IMG/VR virus record: IMGVR_UViG_3300030095_001066
Location: 1 to 28,362 of that record
Strand: one strand, 5' to 3'
Length of the DNA stretch: 28,362 nucleotides
Source: a virus
Taxonomy: Duplodnaviria > Caudoviricetes
Each line of letters opens with the position of its first letter. The stretch's first letter is position 1. The position numbers were made by a program, and so were the translations under genes. Shown here piece after piece: positions 7,335-15,567 of this stretch. The notes under the pieces were generated by a model, which ran no database searches, had not been told where the DNA came from, and worked only from the letters and a program-made list of their open reading frames with translations.

Positions 7335-7445
7335 ATGCTTTATAATGTATTGACTTGTAAAGATAGTTGGTTGTATGTCAAGTATTTTAAACTAGATAAA
7401 CAAAAACAAATGTTAAACGAATTAGAAAAAAAGGATAAAGAATGA
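7335..7445 (+). CDS. Possible small protein (36 aa)
   Basis: ATG 7335 in the frame of ORF 7197..7445; ATGA overlap with the next gene. Confidence 0.35.
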   Translation: MLYNVLTCKDSWLYVKYFKLDKQKQMLNELEKKDKE

Positions 7446-7813
7446 AATATAAAACATACTTACTTCTATTGTTTGTAGGCTTAGTATTTTACACTGGTTG
7501 TGTTTTTAGTAATAAACCTAATGTAAAGCTAGAGGCTACAACAGCAGAATATACACCTGAAAAGGTAGTAGAGGCAGAGGTGCCTGAAAGTCCAGAGCTA
7601 ACACCTGAAGAAAAGGTAGAAGTTCAGGAAGAAATCAAGCAATCTTATAAAGAGATAGAAGAAACACTTGATGTTAAAAAGAAATCAGTAGAACAAATGC
7701 GTGACGATGTGCATAAAATCTTAGATGAAATCATTGAAGAAGATAGCAACGTAGTCATTTCATTTAATATGCAGATAAAAAACCCATTGGTATATGAAAC
7801 AAAAGAAAACTAA
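7442..7813 (+). CDS. Putative lipoprotein / membrane-anchored acidic protein
   Basis: Basic N-terminus and a hydrophobic stretch ending in lipobox-like YTGC. Confidence 0.65.
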   Translation: MKYKTYLLLLFVGLVFYTGCVFSNKPNVKLEATTAEYTPEKVVEAEVPESPELTPEEKVEVQEEIKQSYKEIEETLDVKKKSVEQMRDDVHKILDEIIEEDSNVVISFNMQIKNPLVYETKEN

Positions 7814-8060
7814 ATTAACATACAACGATATGTTAGAAGTAATGACATCTCTTAAACAAGAAATGTTAATAATGAAAAATGAAATCTTTAGTGTTCAATT
7901 TCTTATTAACTCCTTATTAGAGATGAATCAAGATGTAGATAAATTAACTGACTTTATAGAGGGTAAAATTGAAAAAGAAAAAGATGACACCACAACAGAT
8001 GGGAAGAAGAAACAGGCAAAGGGGAGCAGAACTACAGAGACTAGCGGTAAACCTAGCTAA
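7794..8060 (+). CDS. Hypothetical coiled-coil protein (88 aa)
   Basis: ORF in operon orientation. Confidence 0.7.
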   Translation: MKQKKTKLTYNDMLEVMTSLKQEMLIMKNEIFSVQFLINSLLEMNQDVDKLTDFIEGKIEKEKDDTTTDGKKKQAKGSRTTETSGKPS

Positions 8061-8328
8061 AGATTTTAACCTTGAAGCACACAACAGAGACAGGGGTGGA
8101 GCTTGTCATCCATTAGGAGATATATTAATTGATGGAAACTACTATGGATGCAAAATGCGTAAAGCTATACCATCCTATTTGTTACCTGAAAAGGAAGAGA
8201 TAGGTGTAGTAGTAAGAGCAGATAGAATTAAACCAGTAATACTTATTGACTTAGAAAGATATTTATTAATGTTAAAACTTTTGAAAGAGGCAGAACATGG
8301 AGATGAGAGCATTGATAAGCTTGTATAA
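7984..8328 (+). CDS. Holliday junction resolvase (Hjc-like PD-(D/E)xK nuclease), with degenerate motifs
   Basis: GRRNRQRGAELQR N-terminus and GDILI...YGCK pattern; start could be 7969, 7984 or 7999. Confidence 0.6.
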   Translation: MTPQQMGRRNRQRGAELQRLAVNLAKDFNLEAHNRDRGGACHPLGDILIDGNYYGCKMRKAIPSYLLPEKEEIGVVVRADRIKPVILIDLERYLLMLKLLKEAEHGDESIDKLV

Positions 8329-8479
8329 GGATTTATACAAAGCAGGTAAGATAACTGGTGCTGGAGTAGAAAGACATAATGAATTGGTTAAAAAATATAG
8401 AAAAAAACTTATGGAGTCTTATGATTCTAAAACAGGAAAAAGAATCAAAGCAATTAAATTAATAGAGGTAAAGAAATGA
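8297..8479 (+). CDS. Hypothetical basic protein (60 aa)
   Basis: GAGG RBS; coupled to the next gene. Confidence 0.65.
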   Translation: MEMRALISLYKDLYKAGKITGAGVERHNELVKKYRKKLMESYDSKTGKRIKAIKLIEVKK

Positions 8480-8742
8480 AAATTAACTACAAAGATATAT
8501 CAATAACATTTAAGTTTAGATTAGAAGAACTAGAGAATATGATAGAGGTATATACAAGACAACCAAAGAAGTGCGTTCTTGAAGATGGTATTAGACAAGA
8601 CCTTAGAAACATAAGAATTAAAGTAGAAGAAAGAATTATTTTAGAAAAACAAACAGAAGAACAAAGGCCACCTGAAGATATGAGAGAGGCTTCAGCTAAC
8701 CCTACATCTGTTGAACACATAAAGGAGACAACTAATGAGTGA
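8476..8742 (+). CDS. Hypothetical protein (88 aa)
   Basis: GAGGT RBS; ATGA overlap. Confidence 0.7.
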   Translation: MKINYKDISITFKFRLEELENMIEVYTRQPKKCVLEDGIRQDLRNIRIKVEERIILEKQTEEQRPPEDMREASANPTSVEHIKETTNE

Positions 8743-9004
8743 TTATGTACCAAAACCAAATACAGCAAACCTATTTCATAATGATGTAGGTGACAATCCA
8801 AAAAGACCTAATTGGAAAACAATAGGGACAGTAACTTTTAATGGAGTAGAAGGATATGTTTCAGGCTGGAGTAAGAAAGCAAGCAATGGAAATGATTTTA
8901 TATCTATTGTCTTTGAAGACAAAGAAACTTACGAAGCTAAAAGAGGCGGAGCAAAACCTCAACCTAAAGAAGCTGCACCACCTAAAGACGATATGCCCTT
9001 TTAA
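8735..9004 (+). CDS. Small SSB-like protein (DUF736-like) with acidic DDMPF tail
   Basis: NPKRPNW...VSGW...FISI pattern and the SSB-type C-terminal DDxPF motif. Confidence 0.7.
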   Translation: MSDYVPKPNTANLFHNDVGDNPKRPNWKTIGTVTFNGVEGYVSGWSKKASNGNDFISIVFEDKETYEAKRGGAKPQPKEAAPPKDDMPF

Positions 9005-9007
9005 CAC

Positions 9008-9228
9008 TTAGGCTAGTAGAATATTTTCCGTATAAAATATCAACACAAGTGCTAGCCTAAAACTTTAATAGCTGTCAGATGTTTATTGTTATACAGTTAG
9101 TTTTTTCCTTTTGGTCTGACAGCTAACATTGGGGTAATATAGTATAAGATTAAACAATTAAAAAAGTGAAAGGAATACTATTACTTTTGATATTGTTTGC
9201 AATACTAAGGTTGGCTACCATTACCCCA
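9008..9228 (+). ncRNA. Three tandem stem-closed elements (9008-9060, 9069-9125, 9130-9228)
   Basis: Closing helices TTAGGCTAG/CTAGCCTAA, TAGCTGTCAGA/TCTGACAGCTA and TGGGGTAAT/ATTACCCCA. Non-coding; strand inferred from the operon. Confidence 0.5.
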
Positions 9229-9237
9229 TAAAAAATT

Positions 9238-9432
9238 ATGAAGAACAACGATAAAATATTACGTATGATTAAGCAGCGGCTAGATATAGGTGCTGCAAAG
9301 TATGGGGAACAAGTTCCTATTGATGGAAGTAGGGACAATCTTAAAGAAAGTATAGAGGAATTGCTAGACCTATGTGTCTACTTGTCCGCTGTTGCCCTGG
9401 AATTGCATGAAAAATACAAAAATGATGAATGA
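9238..9432 (+). CDS. Small all-alpha phage protein (GxxKYG...EELLD..VYL), possibly NTP-pyrophosphatase-like
   Basis: Motif pattern; last gene of the + arm. Confidence 0.65.
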   Translation: MKNNDKILRMIKQRLDIGAAKYGEQVPIDGSRDNLKESIEELLDLCVYLSAVALELHEKYKNDE

Positions 9433-9571
9433 CGCATTAGCTTGTAGCTTCAGGGCATTCAGTGTAATTAATCGATAGTTATATCCAATAGAAAAAGTTA
9501 TGGCCGTATAGGCCTATCCTCGTGAGGAGAATTTTAGAAAAGTGTAGAAAAAATTAAAGAGTTGTTATTAT

Positions 9572-10684
9572 TTATCTGAACTCCATAAAATCGTAATCAT
9601 TTTGATTTAATGACATACCTCTTTTTTTTAATGCTTTAATAATACTAGGATTTCCTATTTCTGTTTTTAATAATTCAGGATATTTTTTTGTAATGTCTGC
9701 AATATTATCTCCTTTTAATATAGTAGCATACGCTGAATCAAATCCCCTTTCAAAAATACTTACGTTATTTCCAGGGCTAATTCCTTTCTCAAAATTTTTT
9801 ATTCCTGCAAACGGAGATTCTATATTTCTAAATCCTATATTAGTATCACTGACAAGACTTGTTTTCGTAGGTCTTCCTGTACCTATATTATAAAGTTTCT
9901 TTAAAAAATAATCATTGGAACTAAAAACTCTAGCATCTCCAGGAAAAAACTTTTCTGACATTTTTTTAATCTCATCTACTGGTACTTCATATTTTATAAT
10001 TTTAATAGGATTATTACCTAAATTAGATGACATATTATTTGCATACCACAATGCAGTTTGAGGGCTAGTCGTTGCATACATATGAACATTTGAAATTCCA
10101 GCTGGTCTACCCATAGCATCTATTAAAGCAGGGTCTTGCAAAGGGTCAAATCTCATTGGGTTTATTCCTTCAGAAGCTTTATAACTTGATGGCACTAACA
10201 TTTTATCTGGAATCTTATCTTGAGCAAAATAAAATCTTTCAAGTTTAACTGGCTCACCCCAGTCAGCAACATTCTCTAGTGGAATATCTCTTATTATTTT
10301 AGAATCAGGAACAGTTCCTTCTATTCCTTTATAGAAAGTAACGAACTCATCTCCAGATTTTTTAGCAGCTACCGCAGCAAGTCTTGTATTAACAGCAGCA
10401 CCAACAAAAGGAAGTATTGCAGCCATTGATAATGCTGCATCACCATACTTTCCTTCTAGTCCATATAACATAGCATCTGTAAAGTCAGCAATAGCACCAA
10501 CGGGTCCAGGAGTAAATCCCATACCTGCTAATGCAATATGAATATTACGTCTGTTATTATTTTTAACCGCATTTTTTTTAGCACTTGTAGCTTCTGCTGT
10601 GTTTAAACTTTCTGCAGCAGCAGTGTAATTAAACGAAGGAGAACCTACTAAGTCTAACATAGTTATTTTCTTTTTATCTGACAC
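9572..10684 (-). CDS. Polymorphic-toxin-like protein A: shared leader + pre-toxin-TG-like domain + ADP-ribosyltransferase-like C-terminus
   Basis: IHIALAGMGFTPGPVGAIADFTDAMLYGLEGKYGDAALSMAAILPFVG; FYKG...YATTSPQTALWYA...IIKYEVP. Confidence 0.7.
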   Translation of the reverse strand: MSDKKKITMLDLVGSPSFNYTAAAESLNTAEATSAKKNAVKNNNRRNIHIALAGMGFTPGPVGAIADFTDAMLYGLEGKYGDAALSMAAILPFVGAAVNTRLAAVAAKKSGDEFVTFYKGIEGTVPDSKIIRDIPLENVADWGEPVKLERFYFAQDKIPDKMLVPSSYKASEGINPMRFDPLQDPALIDAMGRPAGISNVHMYATTSPQTALWYANNMSSNLGNNPIKIIKYEVPVDEIKKMSEKFFPGDARVFSSNDYFLKKLYNIGTGRPTKTSLVSDTNIGFRNIESPFAGIKNFEKGISPGNNVSIFERGFDSAYATILKGDNIADITKKYPELLKTEIGNPSIIKALKKRGMSLNQNDYDFMEFR

Positions 10685-10686
10685 TT
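10611..10686. repeat. 76-bp exact direct repeat, copy 1 (start and first ~24 codons of protein A)
   Basis: Identical to 11937-12012 by direct comparison. Confidence 0.95.
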
Positions 10687-10687
10687 A

Positions 10688-12010
10688 CTATTTACCTTTT
10701 ATTTTCCTGTATAAAAATTTCATTGGTAATCCTTCATCTAATATCATTTCGTTTATCATGCCAGGACTGGCATTTTCTTTCATTTTAAAACTATCTGAAT
10801 TTAGTTTAGAACCTGTTATAGGATACTTCCTACTTCGCAACTGTCCATCTAAACCTACTGATGTACCCCCCTCTTTATATGAGGTAAATTTAAAATCAAG
10901 TTCATCACTAAATTCTTTTACAAACATATTATCATTTCCTCTTAATTTTCTATTTTGAATTTGTTTTCTAAGATATGATTTAGGTACCTTGAAATGTAAT
11001 ACTTCGTCACCATAACTACTTGCTTCTTTAAAATTTGTAGAAGCCCATACCATTCTTGGGGTAGTATATTCCTGACTTACTTTTGTATAGTCGTAGAATT
11101 TTGTTGGCTGCACAAATTCGTTAAAAGGATTTTTAGGAATTTCTTTTGCACGACCATAAAGGTCATTTCTCCCAAAGTAATCTGTTGGTAAGGTATCTTC
11201 TTTTATTGGTATAAAACCAGGTTCAGTTTTAGTACGTCTTATATTTTCAATAGTATTACCAGTTCCAGCTTGTCTTGAGTATGTAAAATCTGCGTATTTA
11301 CCACTATAATTAGCATCATACAAATCATCAATATATTTTGCTCTTGAATATCCCATCTCTTTGTATTGCTTTGGTCCTACTCTTCTTTGTATATTTGTCA
11401 ATGATAAAGGTATTTCTCCAGTTTTTTTATATCTTCTAAATAAATTCATACCATCTTCTGGGTTAGGGACTACTCTTTGAAATATATATTCTAATTGTAC
11501 ATCATCTAACTGTTTAAAAAACCTGTGCTGTCTTCCAACTGCAAACTTTTGCCCACCTTCTGTTATAACATTATGTTTTATAAATTGAGATTCAAATCCG
11601 TGGTACACATCTATTAGCTTTTCTCCAGATTCCTCAGCTAACTTCATACCTCTTTTAGCAGCTACTGCAGCACCTACTACAGGCAGGATAGAAGCATAAG
11701 ATAACGCTGCATTTCCGTGTTCACCTTCTAAGGAGTATAGTACACCATCTGTTAAATCAGCTATACCACCAGCTATTTCTGTGACAGGTGCAGTTACAGG
11801 GGAAGCTATACTAGCACCAGCTGTAGCTAAACCAAAACGTTGTAATGCTCTGTGAATTTTTTCTCTTCTATCTAATTCAACCACATCTTTCTTTGTCTTT
11901 TTAGTTACACGAATAGCATCTGCTGTATTCAAAGCATCTGCAGCAGCAGTGTAATTAAACGAAGGAGAACCTACTAAGTCTAACATAGTTATTTTCTTTT
12001 TATCTGACAC
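10688..12010 (-). CDS. Polymorphic-toxin-like protein B: shared leader + pre-toxin-TG-like domain + ADP-ribosyltransferase-like C-terminus
   Basis: GGIADLTDGVLYSLEGEHGNAALSYASILPVVG; VYHG...WASTNFKEASSYG..VLHFKVP...NEMIL. Start placed at GTG 12010 by homology with protein A. Confidence 0.72.
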   Translation of the reverse strand: MSDKKKITMLDLVGSPSFNYTAAADALNTADAIRVTKKTKKDVVELDRREKIHRALQRFGLATAGASIASPVTAPVTEIAGGIADLTDGVLYSLEGEHGNAALSYASILPVVGAAVAAKRGMKLAEESGEKLIDVYHGFESQFIKHNVITEGGQKFAVGRQHRFFKQLDDVQLEYIFQRVVPNPEDGMNLFRRYKKTGEIPLSLTNIQRRVGPKQYKEMGYSRAKYIDDLYDANYSGKYADFTYSRQAGTGNTIENIRRTKTEPGFIPIKEDTLPTDYFGRNDLYGRAKEIPKNPFNEFVQPTKFYDYTKVSQEYTTPRMVWASTNFKEASSYGDEVLHFKVPKSYLRKQIQNRKLRGNDNMFVKEFSDELDFKFTSYKEGGTSVGLDGQLRSRKYPITGSKLNSDSFKMKENASPGMINEMILDEGLPMKFLYRKIKGK

Positions 12011-12012
12011 TT
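11937..12012. repeat. 76-bp exact direct repeat, copy 2
   Basis: Identical to 10611-10686; overlaps the stop of the 1188-aa gene. Confidence 0.95.
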
Positions 12013-15000
12013 TCACCTAAACGTTTTTGATTCTTTTTTCTAATTAATTCATACACATCAGCAACTGATGGTTCTAATATAGGATAGTCAGGATTAGCTG
12101 TGTTCCAATTAGTTAATACTTGTCTAGCTTTTTTATCTCTACCTTCATAAACTAATTCAATAATCTCTTTATTGATTCTAGTTCTTTGATACTTTAGCTT
12201 ACCTTTTGTTTGTTCGGCAGATTCAGCTCTCTTTGCAATATTATTCATATTACTACCAAGAACTTTACTATATCTTGTTGTTGACCTACGAAGTGCACCA
12301 GCTACTCCATAATCACCTGACTCATTCATAAGCTGTGATGTTGCAGTCCAAAGTTTTTCTATATCAGACATAATAACTGGTGTAATAGTAAACCTTAAAT
12401 TTTGCATCTTACTTTCTGCTGCTAAAAAATCTCCCATAACACCCATAGCACCAACCGCAGCTATTCTATCAATAACATTTTCTGCATTACGAAAATCATA
12501 ATCATCTCTACCTGATAATTTTTTTTCTATAAAATCGTATGAGTGAAGTAAAGCAGTCCCACCTACATTAGCTGCTACCGCAAGTCTCATTATGGGCATT
12601 ACATTACCATAAGATAAATCAGTTCTTAATTGGTCTTTAATAAACTTAGCCTGTTTTAATGGGAAGCTTTTTAAAACTACAAATGGTCTGAACTTAGGAT
12701 GTGTCATCCATAACAATTCTTTTGTGTGGTTTCTAAGTAGCTGCGTATCTCTACTATATCTAATCGCACCACGAGTAAGTTGCTCTGTAGTTAAATCTTT
12801 ACCATTGAATATAATACCATAGTCATTTTGTAGTTTATCTTTAGCCCAAGCCTCTCTTGCTTTTCCAGCAGTTGTTTCTTTTCTAATTTTATCTCTTACA
12901 CTTTTAGGCATTCCTGTGCCAGTGAATAATCCTGACTTACCTTGTGATATTTTATTTAAGTATTGCATCATATCAACACCAATAGAAGCAGCAGTGTATG
13001 TGTTCATTCTATTTGCAAAATTAAAACCAGAAAATTGTGTTGCTTTCATAGCAATTTTTTCTGATAACGTTTGTCCAGGTTTAAATCCAGATAAAACTTC
13101 CATGTGTTGAATGTTAGAATTTCTTGCAATTCCAGCATCTTTAAGAAATTTACCTCTACCCTTACTAACAAATGTTTTCCCCCAACCTGAAAGTCCAACC
13201 GCATAATTAGCACCTAACAAACTTGAAATCATGGGCTGAAATACATTAGCAAGTGTAGCAGTACCACCTGCAATCTTAGTAGTTATTTGCCATTGAGTTG
13301 CAGTTCTAAAAGCGTTTTTAACAGCAGGGCTATAATTAAAGTAAGGCATTGTTTCAATGGCACCTGTTGCTCTAATTAATACATCTGTTAAAACATTAGC
13401 ACTTAATTGGTCACCTTTTAATTCTAAGTCTCTTATCTTTTGTTCAATTCTTTTATTACCTACTCCTAAAAATTTACCTCTAGCTAATTGGTCTGCCCAA
13501 GTATTAGAATAATTAAGAAAGTTTGAAACGCCATCTGTTTCAAATATATCACTTGAATATTTTTTTAAATTTTTATCCCAGTATATATATGTTTCTCTAC
13601 CTTTCTTTAAATTATGAAATGTTTTTTTGTGGACAGAGTTTAAATCATTTCTAATATTTAAATATGCTCTGTAAAAATCATCTCCAGATGATTCTTTAAC
13701 AAAAGAAAGATACTCTCTAACTCCTTTATTGGAATTGTTTTTTATTTCTTTTTCAATTCTTTGTTTTAAAAAACTTGCTTCATCTTTTGTAAACTCTCTA
13801 CCTGCTCTTACAGCATCATCTAATCCAGGCCTATCTTTTAACATCCTCATTCTAAGCTCTGTAAGTTTATCTTTTACATCAAACCTTAAATCTCTCATAG
13901 CATACTTAGCTATAAACGGTGCAATCTCTGAGTCTATTTTTGCATACTGTTCGTACATATCTGTCATAGCAGCTCTTAGTTTTTTAGCCACATCATCTAA
14001 TTGATTATCTGGTAATAACTCTAATTGTTCTGTTAATTTTACTCTATCGTCTTTTGAAAGCTTACCAAGTTCTTTTAAACTAATATTATGTTTTTTAAAT
14101 ATCTCTCCAAGTGCAGCATCTTTTTCAACATGATAATCGTCTAATAATTTCATAGCCTCTCTTGCTCCTGGTAAAGCACCTTTTCTAGTGACAGTAGATT
14201 CAGGTGAAGCAAACGGTGAGTATTTCATATTAAAAAATGTTGGTAAAGTTTCTGTTCTAAAAGTATGAAACCTGTTAAAAATATTTTTATCTACTTTCTT
14301 TTCAATATCCATTGCCTTAATATTTCTTTCAAGGTTTGAAATATATCTTTGTCCCTCAATTAATCTTACTTGTTCATATTTTTGTTTTGGAGACATTTTA
14401 GATAAGTCACTTTTAATTTTTAAAGTAGGGAACTCTTTAACTCCTTCATTAATAAGCCTATCAAGCTGTGCTACTGGAGCATCTTTACCTTTTTCAAATC
14501 CATACTCTTTGAAAAACTTATTCTTGTTCATTTTTTGACTGATTGTTCCATCTAAAGATTGAAACTCTACAGTGTTTTTTGTTTGTTTTGTAACTCTTAC
14601 TCCACCATCTTGTCCAAAAAATATCTGTGGTTTACCAAGAGATACAAAAGCTTCTTGTTCTATAAGGTCATCTCTAAATTGTTTTTCTTTTGTAGTAAGT
14701 GCTCTGTTACCAAACTTTCTTTTAGATGATTCTATATTTCCTGATATGCTTTTACCTATTCCAGAAAGACCTCCACCCAATACTTTAACACCACCAAGAA
14801 TACCTGCAGTAAATGCTAAATCTTGTGGACTAGGTAGCAGTCTACCTTGTTGAAATGTATATGGTTGTGTAAACCCAAGAACTTCTCCCCCAAGTCCAAG
14901 AGTGCTTTTTAACATATTGGGTGCTTTGTTTCCTACAATATTAGTACCAGCTACTTTACCAAACTTACCTAAACCTATGGAAGCAGCACCAACCAAAGAA

Positions 15001-15566
15001 GCATTAATTGCTTGAGCAAAATCTACATCTTCTTTTTCTATTTTTTGATGTAGCATATCGTGAGTACCGCTAACAATACCTAAACCACCTGCTTCATTAA
15101 TAAGTCTATCACCTTTAGTAATAAATGTTTCAGTAAGTTGTTTGTTTACACGGTTTAAATAAGCAGGTCTAGCACCATTCTCTGCTAGTATTTTAGTAAC
15201 TTGATTAGTTGCAGCCTGAACATTCTTTTTACCAACTGTTTTTGCAATACCTCCAACACCTATTTTTGCAGCAGTACCACCTACAAAGAATGTAGGTAAG
15301 TCTAATACAAGAGCTAAGGCAGTAGAACCAACATCAAACAATGTTCCTTGTTCAAAGTTTGACAAGTCATATCGTTCTCCTTTATTTATTATTTGGTCTA
15401 CTAAACCATATGTGCTTTTATTGTAGGCTTCCTTGAATAGGTTATTAACATAGCCAGGCATACTAATTTTAATTGGTCTGGGTGCACCTTGGTATGTTCT
15501 TTGAGATTTTGCTTTATCTAAGTAGGCATTTGCAACTTGATTGATATATCGTGTATTATCTGGCAT
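12000..15566 (-). CDS. Large internal virion (ejection) protein, 1188 aa
   Basis: Size, Gly/Ala-rich hydrophobic N-terminal third, helical composition, and position after the tail tubular gene as in podoviruses. Confidence 0.65.
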   Translation of the reverse strand: MPDNTRYINQVANAYLDKAKSQRTYQGAPRPIKISMPGYVNNLFKEAYNKSTYGLVDQIINKGERYDLSNFEQGTLFDVGSTALALVLDLPTFFVGGTAAKIGVGGIAKTVGKKNVQAATNQVTKILAENGARPAYLNRVNKQLTETFITKGDRLINEAGGLGIVSGTHDMLHQKIEKEDVDFAQAINASLVGAASIGLGKFGKVAGTNIVGNKAPNMLKSTLGLGGEVLGFTQPYTFQQGRLLPSPQDLAFTAGILGGVKVLGGGLSGIGKSISGNIESSKRKFGNRALTTKEKQFRDDLIEQEAFVSLGKPQIFFGQDGGVRVTKQTKNTVEFQSLDGTISQKMNKNKFFKEYGFEKGKDAPVAQLDRLINEGVKEFPTLKIKSDLSKMSPKQKYEQVRLIEGQRYISNLERNIKAMDIEKKVDKNIFNRFHTFRTETLPTFFNMKYSPFASPESTVTRKGALPGAREAMKLLDDYHVEKDAALGEIFKKHNISLKELGKLSKDDRVKLTEQLELLPDNQLDDVAKKLRAAMTDMYEQYAKIDSEIAPFIAKYAMRDLRFDVKDKLTELRMRMLKDRPGLDDAVRAGREFTKDEASFLKQRIEKEIKNNSNKGVREYLSFVKESSGDDFYRAYLNIRNDLNSVHKKTFHNLKKGRETYIYWDKNLKKYSSDIFETDGVSNFLNYSNTWADQLARGKFLGVGNKRIEQKIRDLELKGDQLSANVLTDVLIRATGAIETMPYFNYSPAVKNAFRTATQWQITTKIAGGTATLANVFQPMISSLLGANYAVGLSGWGKTFVSKGRGKFLKDAGIARNSNIQHMEVLSGFKPGQTLSEKIAMKATQFSGFNFANRMNTYTAASIGVDMMQYLNKISQGKSGLFTGTGMPKSVRDKIRKETTAGKAREAWAKDKLQNDYGIIFNGKDLTTEQLTRGAIRYSRDTQLLRNHTKELLWMTHPKFRPFVVLKSFPLKQAKFIKDQLRTDLSYGNVMPIMRLAVAANVGGTALLHSYDFIEKKLSGRDDYDFRNAENVIDRIAAVGAMGVMGDFLAAESKMQNLRFTITPVIMSDIEKLWTATSQLMNESGDYGVAGALRRSTTRYSKVLGSNMNNIAKRAESAEQTKGKLKYQRTRINKEIIELVYEGRDKKARQVLTNWNTANPDYPILEPSVADVYELIRKKNQKRLGESVR

Positions 15567-15567
15567 A

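Noticed and set aside
7350-7379. sigma70-like promoter TTGACTTG-N13-TTGTA resembling the one near 18.7 kb
   Set aside because: The -10 (TATGTC) is poor, and two instances in AT-rich DNA are not enough to call.
46-9338. Minus-strand ORFs in the left arm (e.g. 176..433, 2522..2833, 8487..8801, 9150..9338)
   Set aside because: They are antisense shadows of RBS-bearing + strand genes or of structured non-coding regions, with Ser/Leu/Phe-rich shadow composition.
9499-9528. Rho-independent terminator at the convergence of the two arms
   Set aside because: Only 4-5-bp stems (GGCC/GGCC, TCCTC/GAGGA) without a convincing adjacent U-tract.
10611-12012. Diversity-generating retroelement TR/VR pair
   Set aside because: The copies are identical, with no adenine-specific mismatches, lie at gene 5' ends, and there is no reverse transcriptase in the window.
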